The position numbers and the translations under genes are program-made. From contig NC_043014.1 in NCBI RefSeq assembly GCF_006345805.1, forward strand, positions 47,926,001-47,990,000: 64,000 nt of DNA, written 5' to 3'. The stretch is from Octopus sinensis (taxonomy: Eukaryota). Every line of letters starts with the position of its first letter. Positions within the stretch are counted from its first letter, which is position 1. Shown in pieces: positions 1 through 10,881 of the stretch. Below the pieces are notes generated by a model. That model made no database searches, was not told the DNA's origin, and worked only from the letters and a program-made list of their open reading frames with translations.

Positions 1-923
1 CAATGAGGATAAAAAAAGCATTAATTTTGGCAGAATAATGCAAACACTAAAGGGTTAAACATGAAAGTACCAATCAACTATTGCAGGTGTAGATATTCAT
101 GGTTGGATTACTATTGATGTGATTCAATTATAGTTGACCTTGGGTTAAACAACAACAACAACTTGATGAACAAATGACTAAGTCAGCCCTTGTGTAGCAT
201 TTAAAACCAGAGAGGAAAAAGCCCCCAGGAATTGTTTGAAATGGCAGTACCAAACACAGAATCAGTGATGGAAACAAATAACCCACAGATTCTTCTTAAC
301 CTAGCTTCCTCAGTACCACTGTACCAATCCCAGTTCTCAAACAACTCATGATTATGTTTGGCTTTATAAACCTAGCTGACCCATCCCTACAATAAACACA
401 CCAACCTTATACAAAGAATACAAGAAAAACAGTGCTTAAAATATTTCTCTATTTCAAAGACCATTTTTAAAGAGAGACTGACAGACAGACATTGTTCCTG
501 GAATATTAAATATGGCAAAGATTCAGCAAATCTGGAATTAGTTTATTAAACTAAAGAACTCTCACTAATTAGCTAATTAATGTTTTATTATAATAAAGTT
601 ATAAAAATAAATAACATGACCAGGATATTAATGTAAAAGTCATCGTCAATTAAGATGTTAGCTTTATCTTATTCTCTCTCTGTTTTAACTTTATCCTGCT
701 CTCTTTGTCTGATGGTCTCTCTCTCATTCTCTCTCTCTCTCCGAGATGGTAGTTTATTGTCTCTGTCTTTTAGTTGTAACTCTCTCTCTCTCTCAACTAA
801 GATGAACAATGACTGATAATACTGGTGGTGATGATGATGATGATGAGCACAAGATTCTTTTTTTCAACAATTTCTTCGCGTTGTGTGTGTATGTGCAATT
901 TACAAATTCTGTGTGTGTGTGTG

Positions 924-1287
924 TTAACTGTGTAAGTGGTGTGTATGTGTGTGTGAACCGTGTTAGTGGTGTGTGTGTGTGTATGAACTGTGTTAATGGT
1001 GTGTGTGTGTGTGAACCGTGTTAGTGGTACGTGTGTGTGTGAACCGTGTTAGTGGTGTGTGTGTGTGTGAACTGTGTTAGTGGTGTGTGTGTGTGAACTG
1101 TGTTAATGGTGCGTGTGTGTGAACCGTGTTACTAGTGTGTGTGTGTGTGTGTGTGAACCATGTTAGTAGTGTGTGTGTGTGTGTGTGTGTGTCGACCATG
1201 TTAGTGGTATGTGTGTGTCAACTGTGTTAGTGGTGTGTGTGTCAACTGTGTTAGTGGTGTGTGTGTGTGTATATGTCAACTGTGTAT
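924..1287. repeat. Compound minisatellite: ~13 copies of a 15-nt core AACYGTGTTAGTGGT separated by variable (GT)n
   Basis: Cores counted directly; spacers are (GT)n of variable length. Confidence 0.9.
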
Positions 1288-1381
1288 GTGTGTGTATATA
1301 TACTATGTAGGTTGTGTGTGTATGCATGCAATTTATTTAACCTGTGCGCATGTGTATGCTTTATAATTCAGTTATGTATTA

Positions 1382-1423
<42 letters not shown>

Positions 1424-1678
1424 CATTCCACCACCACCACCACTCAAGTGGATCACCAAGTCAGGAAGTACAACAACAAACCTTTATGTCAGAGAGAAGG
1501 TGGAGGGAGGGGGTGCTCAAACTGACAGAACTCTTTAGAAGCCTACTACCAACAACACGAGGAGGGAGAGGTGGTAGTAGTAGTAGTGGTGGTAAAAATA
1601 GCATTGACTGGTCATTCTGTTGGTAATGGAATCACCATAACCTGCATGTGACCAATGAAAGTACAATACCGGGGATTA

Positions 1679-1946
1679 TTGACCTACCTTTACTGGGGAA
1701 GGTATCGACCTTACAAGACCTTTACTAAGGAAGGTGGCAGCCTGGCAAGACCTTTGACACATTTATACCAGGGAAGTTGACAGCCTGACAATAGCTTTGA
1801 CCCAACTTTACTCAGGAAGTCTAGCAAGACCATTGACTCAACTTCACTAGAGGAGAGATGTCCGCCTAGCAAGACCATTGACCCACCTTTACTAGGAAAG
1901 GTGTCAGCCTAGTAGGGTTGTTGACCAACCTTTACGAGGAGAGATG
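1679..1946. repeat. Degenerate minisatellite, ~43-45 bp unit, 6-7 copies
   Basis: Units start TTGAC at 1679, 1754, 1797, 1833, 1878, 1921; consensus approx TTGACCCACCTTTACTAGGAAAGGTGTCAGCCTAGCAAGACCA. Confidence 0.8.
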
Positions 1947-2025
1947 ATTCAAGAAATACTTTCAAGCATTCATTCTAAAAAGTCCAATTCTATACCACTA
2001 GTACCACCTGTATACCACTGTATAT

Positions 2026-2444
2026 ATTTCTTTACTACCCACAAGGGGCTAAACACAGAGGGGACAAACAAGGACAGACAAACAGATTAAGTCGATTATA
2101 TCAACCCCAGTGCGTAACTGGTACTTGTTTAATCAACCCCAAAAGGATGAAAGGCAAAGTCGACCGCGGCGGAATTTGAACTCAGAATGTAACGGCAGAC
2201 GAAATACCTATTTCTTTACTACCCACAAGGGGCTAAACACAGAGGGGACAAACAAGGACAGACAAACAGATTAAGTCAATTATATCGACCCCAGTGCGTA
2301 ACTGGTACTTAATTTATCGACCCCGAAAGGATGAAAGGCAAAGTCTACCTCAGCAGAATTTGAACTCAGAACGTAGCGGCAGATGAAATACGGCTACGCA
2401 TTTCGCCCGGCATGCTAACATTTCTGCCAGCTCGCCACCTTTCA
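2026..2444 (-). mobile_element. tRNA-derived SINE, family A, dimeric form
   Basis: Minus head AGGTGGCGAGCTGGCAGAA..GTTAGC, B box GAGTTCAAATTC; body duplicated from GTATTTCGTCTG onward; 16-bp TSD GTATACCACTGTATAT (2010-2025 / 2445-2460). Confidence 0.9.
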
Positions 2445-2549
2445 GTATACCACTGTATATGCCATTATCATCCTACTGTGTATGTCACCATCATACCACT
2501 CACACAGTTGTATGCCTTCTTGTAAAACATTTGCACCAAACAATCTTAT

Positions 2550-2821
2550 GGTAATGTAATGTTTGTTACCACTTCAAATGGTTGTTCTGTTCGCAATGAC
2601 ATTACTATTTTTTAACCCCAGGAGAACAACTTCTCCAGATGGTTAACGACAAAACCTGTATCCAATATATTGCGAGCAGAGAAGCAAACCCTTACCGTCT
2701 AGCAATTTGACAGGACCAGTAGACCAGCTTGGAGAAGGTATTCTCTCGGAGTTAAAAAATATTAGTAATGTCACTCCGAACAGAACAGCCATGCTGAAGT
2801 GGCAACAAACAACACTTTCCA
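2550..2821. repeat. Old palindromic (fold-back/MITE-like) element, ~85-bp degenerate inverted arms
   Basis: 2560-2643 is the degenerate reverse complement of 2724-2811 (e.g. GTTTGTTACCACTTCA..ATGACATTACTATTTTTTAAC vs GTTAAAAAATATTAGTAATGTCA..TGAAGTGGCAACAAAC). Confidence 0.75.
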
Positions 2822-2930
2822 GCAAAGTTGCTACTTGTATCTTTTATAGAAATTTTAGAACTACCTACTTTGCTTGTTGCAAATTCTTATGGCAGTTACA
2901 TCCAAATTTTAAGGAGTCCAGTTTATTTAA

Positions 2931-3144
2931 CCCTTTCGTTACTGTATTTATTTTGAGATGCTCTATGCTTCTTTCAATTACTTTAAATATAACAAAGGAT
3001 TTAGTAAAATAACTTAGTTACCATTCAGCTAGTGTTAGGAACATAAATTATGACTAAGGTTTGGTGGAAGATTTTAATTCAAAACTTATGAAAATAAGAC
3101 ACTTGTACTCAGAGCCAGTTTCAGCCAGGCTGGTAACGAAAGGG
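2931..3144 (+). mobile_element. piggyBac-like MITE, family P1
   Basis: TTAA|CCCTTTCGTTAC...GTAACGAAAGGG|CTAA; homologous copies at 61108-61317 and 25153-25312. Confidence 0.85.
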
Positions 3145-3417
3145 CTAATATAAAAATTGGCATTGACAGTTCAAACTCTGTACTAGTCAATTATCAATCA
3201 TGAAATTCAGGAAATATAAGAGACAAGTCAACCTCTTTATGAACAACTGACCTTGTTAAATTAACAGCCAAATCACTCTCAAATCTCCATACTATTTTAG
3301 AACACATTAGATAATGTAGTCATAGATACACTATGACTGAATAAAAGAAAGGACTGTAACAACCAGAAGAACACCTGCTAGATCAGAGCTGACCCAAAGC
3401 TAAAAATGTTTACTTAC

Positions 3418-3564
3418 CTTGTAAACACATCAAATTCAAAAACAGAAATGTAGTCATTACACGTTAAGTCTATGGTAGATTTTAGCGCCATTGCTTCCAG
3501 TGGAGAACCGATGGAGTGGGTTTCATGCAGCGTTACTCGAAATAATTTCCATGGAATAATGGTT
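3418..3564 (-). CDS. CBL: Internal coding exon of a Cbl-family E3 ubiquitin ligase (TKB domain, EF-hand)
   Basis: Minus strand: polypyrimidine tract and acceptor ttttttttcaactttcag|, 147 nt, donor AAG|gtaagt. After skipping 1 nt it translates stop-free as [48 protein letters not shown](R), matching c-Cbl [49 protein letters not shown]. Phase 2 at both ends. Absent from the ORF track (internal exon). CBL vs CBLB orthology cannot be resolved; invertebrates usually have one gene. Confidence 0.97.
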
Positions 3565-3590
3565 CTGAAAGTTGAAAAAAAATTAATTAT
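3565..3590 (-). promoter_or_regulatory. 3' splice acceptor and polypyrimidine tract of the Cbl exon
   Basis: Minus strand ataattaattttttttcaactttcag directly before the exon; the matching donor GTAAGT is at 3417-3412. Confidence 0.9.
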
Positions 3591-3651
3591 AAGACACTAA
3601 TTAAATTGATGAACTGGAATATATAAAAGTAGTCTATAACAGAAAAGAAAT

Positions 3652-3836
3652 CATTATCATCATCACTGAATGTCCGTTTTCCATGCTGGCATGGGTTGGA
3701 TGGTTTGACAGGAGCTGACCAAGGCTACAATTGTCCCTTTTGGCATGGTCTCTACAGCTGATGCCTTTTCTAATTGCAAACCACCTTACAGAGTGTACTA
3801 GTTGCTTTTTATGTGGCATTAGCACAGGTGCTTTTA
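3652..3836 (-). mobile_element. Old 5'-truncated RTE-LINE 3' UTR fragment
   Basis: (ATC)n tail, CCATGCTGGCATGG palindrome and GATGCC-TTCTAA motif shared with the copies linked to RTE ORF ends at 25322 and 42536. Confidence 0.7.
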
Positions 3837-4035
3837 CGAAAAGCAAAACAATATCAAAAACAAAAATCATAGCTGTTAAAAAAAAAGCAAAAAGAAAGCA
3901 AATGTGAATGTATGCATAGGGGTTTCTTCGCTTAATTAATGACAGCACAAACCACATTATCAATGAAGAGATAAACCTAAAACAAGAGATGTTCCATTCT
4001 CTGAAAAAAATGAACTTCAACATGTCTGTCTATAG

Positions 4036-4254
4036 CAGTGCTTTTCAAACTTTTTACTGGAGCGGAACCCCAAGGAAACATTCCATTGGCTCGAGGAACC
4101 CCTGTGCAATAATTTAATAGTTTTATGCACACGTATCTGCACAGGAGACTTAAAAATTACTGCCGATTTTAGCAGTTTTGTAACTTCTTGCGGAACCCCT
4201 GGACTGTACTGGCGGAACCCTAAGGTTCCGCGGAACACTGGTTGAAAACCACTG
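4036..4254 (+). mobile_element. hAT (Charlie/Buster-like) MITE, 219 bp
   Basis: TIRs CAGTGCTTTTCAA / TTGAAAACCACTG; perfect 8-bp TSD GTCTATAG (4028-4035 / 4255-4262). Second copy inverted at 45489-45684. Confidence 0.92.
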
Positions 4255-4608
4255 GTCTATAGATTTCCACCAATGTACATCAGCACCAGTTTATCCCAGT
4301 TCCAGACTTTACCATTTCTTTCTCTGTCTGTCTGTCTGTCTGTCTGTGTGTGTGTGTGTCTGTGTGATTGATTGATTGAACAGGTAAAGTTGAAAGATTG
4401 ATAGTGGAGTTCAAACAAGAGAAGTTTCAGAAAATCATTCATTATTAAATATTGTACTCATCCTCTCGTACCAACACGATAGAATGATTGGTAGGGATAC
4501 TGGCAAAAATTTTTTAAAAAAAAAAAGAAAAAAAAACCTCAGGTCTATCTGATATTCTGCATACCACTGCCCCATGTAATTTCATGAATCCAATCTCATG
4601 CCCTTTAA

Positions 4609-5033
4609 CCTTTCAGCATCTAAACCAGTCATATCTGGTTCAAATATTCTACCTCCTTTATGCTCAAAGTGACCAGATCCAGCCCTCACATCCACCTAAC
4701 AATATCATCATCATCATCGTTTAACGTCCGTTCTCCATGCTAGCCTGGGTTGGACGGTTCGACCGGGGATCTGGGAAGCCAGAAGGCTGCACCAGGCTCC
4801 AGTCTTATCTGGCAATGTTTCTACAGATAAGACTGGAGCCTGGTGCAGCCTTCTGGCTTCCCAGATCCCGGTCGAACATAAAAGAGGTAGAATATTTGAA
4901 CCAGATATCATTCTAAAAAAAATAAACAATCACATCACCGAAATTTTGAAGCTGTGAGATAATGCATGATTAATTCAAAACAATGTGAATAAATACATAT
5001 TACATTTGATGGAGTAATCTGAACATTGAAGGG
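4609..5033 (-). mobile_element. piggyBac-like MITE family P2 interrupted by a rearranged RTE 3' UTR insertion (4703-4908)
   Basis: TTAA|CCTTTCAGCATC...CATTGAAGGG|TTGA; the flanks join to give the family seen at 43960-44179 and 42167-42357. Confidence 0.8.
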
Positions 5034-5345
5034 TTGAAGGGTCAATGTCATACAAGGCCCGTAGGCCATTGTGTTGATGGGACACCAGTAACTATACCAT
5101 TAATTATACATTATATTGGTTTAATAATGGGTAACCTGTTTTAACTGCAATATAACCAATATACAGAGCTTTCAGGAACCAGCTAGACACACAGACATCA
5201 CACCACTTTGTCAAGATACATTTGTGTTTGAGACACAAGCATATCAATTTCAACATCAAGAGAAAAATTGGGGAATATGCCAACAAATACACCCGATATT
5301 CAAGATCCAGCAACTTTAACTGTCTTTTTTTTTTATTCTCCATCT

Positions 5346-5545
5346 TTTACTTGTTTCAGTCATTAGATTGCAGCCATGCTGGGGCACTGCCTCGAAGAAC
5401 TTTAATCGAATGAAGAGACCCCAGGACTTATGTTTTTAAAGCCCGATGTTTATCCTGTCCCTTTTATCAAACTACTAAGTTACAGGGATGTAAACAAAAC
5501 ATCAGCTGTCAAGAGGTGGGGTGAGACAAACACACACATTTATAT

Positions 5546-5600
<55 letters not shown>

Positions 5601-5649
5601 AACATTTATATATACATATATATACACACACACATATATACACACACAA

Positions 5650-5682
<33 letters not shown>

Positions 5683-5868
5683 CGCACAAACACACACACA
5701 CATACATACATATAAATGACTGGGTTTTTTTGGTTTCTGTCCTCCAAATTCACCAAAAAGGTTTTGGCTGGCCTGAGGCTATAGTAAAAGATTGGCCCAT
5801 GGTTTCACACAGTAGGATTGAACCCAGAGCCTTGTGGTTGGGGAGCAAACTTACTACAAAACCACATC
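5346..5868 (-). mobile_element. tRNA-derived SINE family B with expanded internal (TA/CA)n (5525-5715)
   Basis: Tail TTTTACTTGTTTCAGTCATT..CAGCCATGCTGG at left and head remnants at right; same layout as the young copies at 48238 and 51051. Confidence 0.8.
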
Positions 5869-6929
5869 AATATAAAAAAAAAAAGAAAATTCAGAGTAAC
5901 TCTCCTTCCCCTTCGAAATTTAATAGTCCATACTGCTCTCCTTTCTCTTCCTTACATCTATTCCAAAACAAAGGTCAAGTGCTTGAACACTTTCTCTTCG
6001 TGTTCCTCACCCACAAGATGAAGGACAAGCGCACTGAAATGTTAAATTCTTCCATGGCAATTAAACGTATCCCACTCATATTACTCCAGTTTACATGGCT
6101 GAACAGAATAAACAAGGCAGCACCACTCCCTACTTCACAGTTCAATGGTTATCAGAGTCCATCCAACTAGAAAAATAATTACTCAAACACACAGACATTA
6201 GGTAACATGGCAACATCCATGTAATGAAAAAAAAAATAATAAAAAACAGTCAATAATAATAACAATAGAACCGAAATTGTTTTATTTTATGTTGTATTCT
6301 GACTGGCTTGTTGTTGTAATCGGTCTTTGGTTTTGTAGCAACAACAATGAAAATATATCTAACACACACACACAACTGCTTTCTAATCTGGCTGGCTGTA
6401 TGAAATCTTTAAATATAGATGTAAAATCATACACCCACGCCAGTGGGAAACCCTGAGAGTAAAACCGAAGCTAAAGTAAGAGCAAAGTGGCACCCTGTCA
6501 CCCTTGTTATAAACACCCAATGATGAACAAAAAGGTCAATCACAGCTAACCCTACCTTTTCAGTTTCAACTTAACCACCAGACGCATCACAACATACCAC
6601 CCACCAATACCATTGTATTTTATAAATTAACTACAAACATAACAAGCAGCAATTTAAGATCTTACTGTCAATTATATTAGTGAGTACCTGCTACTCCTTC
6701 TACTCAAACTAATTAATTTAAATCTATTTTTCGGTTACTTTCACAGTAAGAGATGTTCTTAGAGTGAATTGGTAAAAATATGACCCAGCAACTGATGGAT
6801 TTGCAATTTTAGTTCAGGTCAATGGGTTGCTGTGACTTCTCTCTCTCAATTTGGTATTTATAATATTCTAACACCAACACCATTGTAGTTTTGTTTTCTA
6901 AGAGAGTCTTTGTAACGCTGTTGAACTGA

Positions 6930-7160
6930 AAAACTCAGTGAAATCTGAGAAACAGCAAACAAGTAGAATGTAGCAGTATATAGGAAGGCAGAGCCTTTTA
7001 ACCGATCCTCTTGGAATACATATGCTGGCATCAAATCAACAGCATCCTGTTTTGATTTCTGAGTGAAGTGTTTAGAAGAGCTTATGAAGAGAAACCAGGA
7101 TGTGATTGGTTGAGATGAAGTGTGTGGATGCACAACAATGCAGGAGGTATTAGTCGTAGC
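6930..7160 (+). pseudogene. Highly degraded RTE-LINE ORF2 C-terminal relic
   Basis: With frameshifts reads VAVYRKA..SSWNTYAG..F*VKCLEELMKRNQD, resembling RTE MAVYRAC..SESWTTYAR..FHLRCLRRILGITWQD. Confidence 0.45.
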
Positions 7161-7477
7161 AGTAGTGTATTAGCAACAGTGATGGTTGAAGTGTGTGTAA
7201 TTTTGTGAGTAGACACAGCTGGGTGCTCAGAGAACAATCAGTAACCTAGCAATTAAGATAGAGGAAGTGTGAACCAGAGAACTTGTCAGGTGTGTTCATA
7301 AATGTAAAATGGTTACATGGATAACGTAAATTATCAACTCTAGAGACAGGAGTTCAAATCCATAGAAAAAAGTTTATAAAGTCTGAAGATGTCAGTGTTA
7401 TAGAATATTGCTCATATCTATCAAGCTATACAATGATATATATATCATTGTATACTGTGAATATGTGTGTGTGTATG

Positions 7478-8260
7478 CAGAGTATGGTGAATCAACTATC
7501 ATCTAAATTACACAAAAATGAAAATAACACTGACATCTCATTTTAACATATATATTTACTAAAATTACAAAAAAATATCTTGAAATACTAAAGAGTAAAC
7601 TTATTCAAGAAAATCACCATTGACTTCAACCACAGCCTCCAGGCGACTTTGGAATCGCTTGCAACTCTTCTGAGTTGTTTAAATTGATGAATGCTACCAT
7701 AATCCTTGCCTTCAGTTCATCTTTGATGTTACAAGGAGTTTTGTTAGTCTCTTGCTCAACTGCATCCCACACATAATAATCAAGGGGCTTGCAGTCTGGG
7801 GAGTTAGGTGGCCAGGTGTTAGGGGTGAGGTGGTCACAGAAATTGTCTGACAGCCAGGACTGGGTTCTCTTGCTTGTGTGGCATGGTGCAGAGTCCTGTT
7901 GCCAGACATCGGGTCTTCCAGCAGCCACCCTCTTGACCCAGGGCAGCACTACCTCTTCCAGGCACTTGATGTAGGCCTCTGTGTTGAGTCTGAGGCCATG
8001 TGGAAAGATGAATGTAAGAATAATATCGCCACCACTAGTGATCACTCTAAACACCATAATGTTGACTGGATGTTAGATTTTTATCACTCGGTACAGGTTT
8101 TGGGGACATGGCAAGCCAATGGTTGTTGTGTGTTCACAATCTGATCCTGGCAGAAATTTTTCTCATCTGAGAGAAAGTAAAGCATGTTTGGTTGGAGGGG
8201 ATACTTGAGGTTGTTCAAAAGCTTCGTAGTCTGATCTTTACTCTTGTCCTTGATGGCTTA
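7478..8260 (-). pseudogene. Tc1/mariner maT (DD37D) transposase relic, 5'-truncated
   Basis: ORF 7626-8057 has WQQDSAPCH...SPDCKPLDY with exactly 37 residues between the 2nd and 3rd D. The first D (SDEKNFCQD) lies upstream across two frameshifts and a stop. The TIR boundary near 7478 is tentative. Confidence 0.88.
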
Positions 8261-8536
8261 TTGTAGTTGTAGGAAAAGCAGAGATGTACATATCTGGGGT
8301 GATCCACGTCATTTGTTTGGACTCTTATCCAACTCCTAATATCGAATCAGCTTTTCAGCATTTGTTTGGAATTAAATTTTTTGCAAAGTTCCATCTCTGC
8401 GGAGTTTCTCCATCAAATTCAAATAGATAACTAGAAGAAGTACTGCTACAAAAATATATCAGTAACAGTTGCAGACTGCAGTACAAGCCATAGCCTCGAT
8501 GGGACTGATGTATGGAATAATACAAGATTAATCAAT

Positions 8537-8975
8537 TCCATGTATTTGCCAGAGACAAGTACTACTGATGCCTTCTTTCTAATAATTGCTCAAGTATTTA
8601 GTTGAAAGCCATTATACTTGGTATTTGTTGACCTAGTAAAAGTCTCCATCAGGGTCCCTTGCTTCCTGATCTAGTGATTACTGCAAAAGCTAGAAGTAGA
8701 TGAATGGCTGGTGAGAGCCATCCAAGCCATGTTCTGGAGAGCAGTTAGTAAGGTGAGAGTTAGCAATGATTATAGTAATGACTTTAGTGTATAGACTGAA
8801 GTTCAAATGGGTTCACCTCTTGTCCCCCCCCCCCTCCTATTTATCATTGTCCTCCATGGGAATACTTCTGTGCTGATGATCTCATTCTTATAGCTGAATC
8901 CATGGTGAAATTGGGGAAGTAATTCCAGGTGTGGAAGCAAAACCTGGAATCCATGGGTTTTCCAATAAGTGAAGC
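8537..8975 (+). pseudogene. RTE-clade reverse transcriptase relic
   Basis: STTDAFF..KPLYLVFVDLVK..RVP..KLEVDEWLVRAIQAM..QMGSPL, then PWEYFCADDLILIAES..WKQNLES; several stops; YADD mutated to CADD. Confidence 0.85.
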
Positions 8976-9447
8976 ATGAGTTTTGAATGTAGAGAACAGG
9001 TGAAAACTAGACAGAAATGAGATTAGAATGCTCCGCTACAAGTGCAACAACAGTGTAGTTGTACCGAGACAAAAATTAGACGACTTCCTATTACCCATCC
9101 CTCCATCATTATCCTAATCATGGCACTATTCAGCTGCAGTAATTTCATAAGAACAGGACTACATATTTCACCTCCCTTACTTGCTACCAGTTAACCATCT
9201 CCTTGAAACCACTTCCCCATGTCACCCATCCTCCATATCCCATCCCACTTTATTTTCCCACTGGTCACCTGTTCTATGCCACCAGTCAACTCTTCTTGTC
9301 CACATTGCACAATTGCCATATCTCATTAGCATTGTGAATATTGGAAACATGTCATTGATAGGTTAACATCGGCGCATACTTTTTATGCATTTGCATGAGA
9401 TTAGGAGTGTTTCATGTGGTTCCGTTTCATATGGCTGTCAGAAATAT

Positions 9448-9740
9448 CACGTGATCACGTGACCGACCAGACCATCAGATGTTGTTACACATCGCTGGTC
9501 ACAATGCGTTCGCATTGTTTTAGCCTTTGAATGACGCCACCCCGCTGGCTAAGTGAGCAGGCCAACAGAAGAAAGAGTGGTGAAAGAGTACAGCAGGGAT
9601 CACCACCCCCAGCTGGAGCCTCGTGGAGCTTTTAGGTGTTTTCGCTCAATAAACACTCACAACGCCCGGTCTGGAAATCGAAACCGCGATCCTGCGACCG
9701 CGAGTCCGCTGCCCTAACCACTAGGCCATTGCGCCTCCAC
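9448..9740 (-). mobile_element. tRNA-derived SINE family D, young
   Basis: Minus head GTGGAGGCGCAATGGCCTAGTGGTTAGGGCAGCGG...GGTTTCGATTTCC (A/B boxes); 11-bp TSD GTCAGAAATAT (9437-9447 / 9741-9751); CpGs retained. Confidence 0.88.
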
Positions 9741-9764
9741 GTCAGAAATATACTACACATTTAT

Positions 9765-10111
9765 ATCAAAATAAAAATTCAAATGGAAATTGTAGTTAAG
9801 ACACCCGTGCCAGTGACACATAAAAAGCACCGTCTGAACGTGGCGGATACTAGCGTCGCCTGACTGGCGTCTGTGTCGGTGACACGTAAAAGCACCAACC
9901 GATCGTGGCCATTTGCCAGCCTGCTCTGGTTCCTGTGCTGGTGGCACGTAAAAAACACCCACTACACTCACGGAGTGGTTGGCGTTAGGAAGGGCATCCA
10001 GCTGCAGAAATACTGCCAAATCACTAGAGCCTGGTGCAGCCTCCATGGCTTACCAGACCCCGGTCGAACTGTCCAACCTGTGCTAGCATGGAAAACGGAT
10101 GATGATGATGA
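9765..10111 (+). mobile_element. 5'-truncated RTE-LINE 3' UTR with internal tandem units
   Basis: Repeated GTGGCACGTAAAAAGCACC units, GGAAGGGCATCCAGCTG, (GAT)n tail. Confidence 0.85.
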
Positions 10112-10500
10112 CTATCCACAGAATGGTAAAATAGAGGTAAGTGAAGATGGTGGCAGAGTAGAAGTAGATGATGGTGGTATGGACAGGTGATAGAAGTTGA
10201 TATTGACTAAAGTAGTGGTTAGATGATGGTGGTGGATGGTAGCTGGAGTAGGGTTAGGTGATAGTAGTGTTAAGAATGTGATGGTACAAAATAGAGGTAA
10301 GTAATGGTTGTAGTACAGACGTGATGGTGATAGAATGGAAGCTAGAGTAGAGGCAGATAGGTGATGGAGGTACAGACATGCGATAGTGATGGATGGTAGC
10401 CAGAAGAGATATAGGTAGGAAGTAGTTTTGTTGCTGTTGGTGGTGGTAGTATGAAAATTGACATTTTAAACACTAAATTTTGTCCATTGTTGTACCTCCA

Positions 10501-10881
10501 TCTCTCTATATATAAAGCTGAAGTTGTCTGTGTATGGCAGGTTTGGTAGCCTTCAACTAACACTATCTCCTCCGAGACCCTGCGGCGCAAGTTGACCAAA
10601 ATTGAGAGTATGATAGAAGAAGGCTTGCTCTTCCTTCCGTAGAAGAAAAATTTCAAATCGGACCATGTTAACACCAAAAATTATTTACATCAAAAAGGTG
10701 CTTTTTTTCTATGAAAATCCCTATTTTTTACTACTGTGTCGCCATTTTTCGGTGTATTTCAACCAGAAAAATGTTCACTTAAAGAGAATAACAAGCTACA
10801 TAATGCAAAATTTTTACTTTTCAAAAATTCCAATTCTAAAGGGTCGAAACAAACCCGTGCAACACCGGGCGATACTGCTAG
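10501..10881 (+). mobile_element. Non-autonomous Helitron, 381 bp
   Basis: Inserted A|TC...CTAG|T; 5' TCTCTCTATATATAAAG; subterminal hairpin CCCGTGCAACACCGGG (10854-10869) 8 nt before CTAG; no TSD. Confidence 0.85.

Noticed and set aside
924-1287. Repeat-spacer look resembling a CRISPR array or telomeric TTAGGG variants
   Set aside because: Spacers are just (GT)n, the context is eukaryotic, there are no cas genes, and TTAGTGG is not tandem.
5430-6170. 246-aa ORF and the many H/T/Y/I or C/V/Y ORFs (21260-21604, 51697-52216, 62421-62817)
   Set aside because: Translations of (CA)/(TA)/(TG) microsatellites and SINE-B sequence.
9670-9740. tRNA gene candidates (also 31055-31122, 47027-47070, 27883-27945, 51051-51115)
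   Set aside because: A/B boxes are present but acceptor stems do not close and each continues into a repeat body; these are SINE heads.
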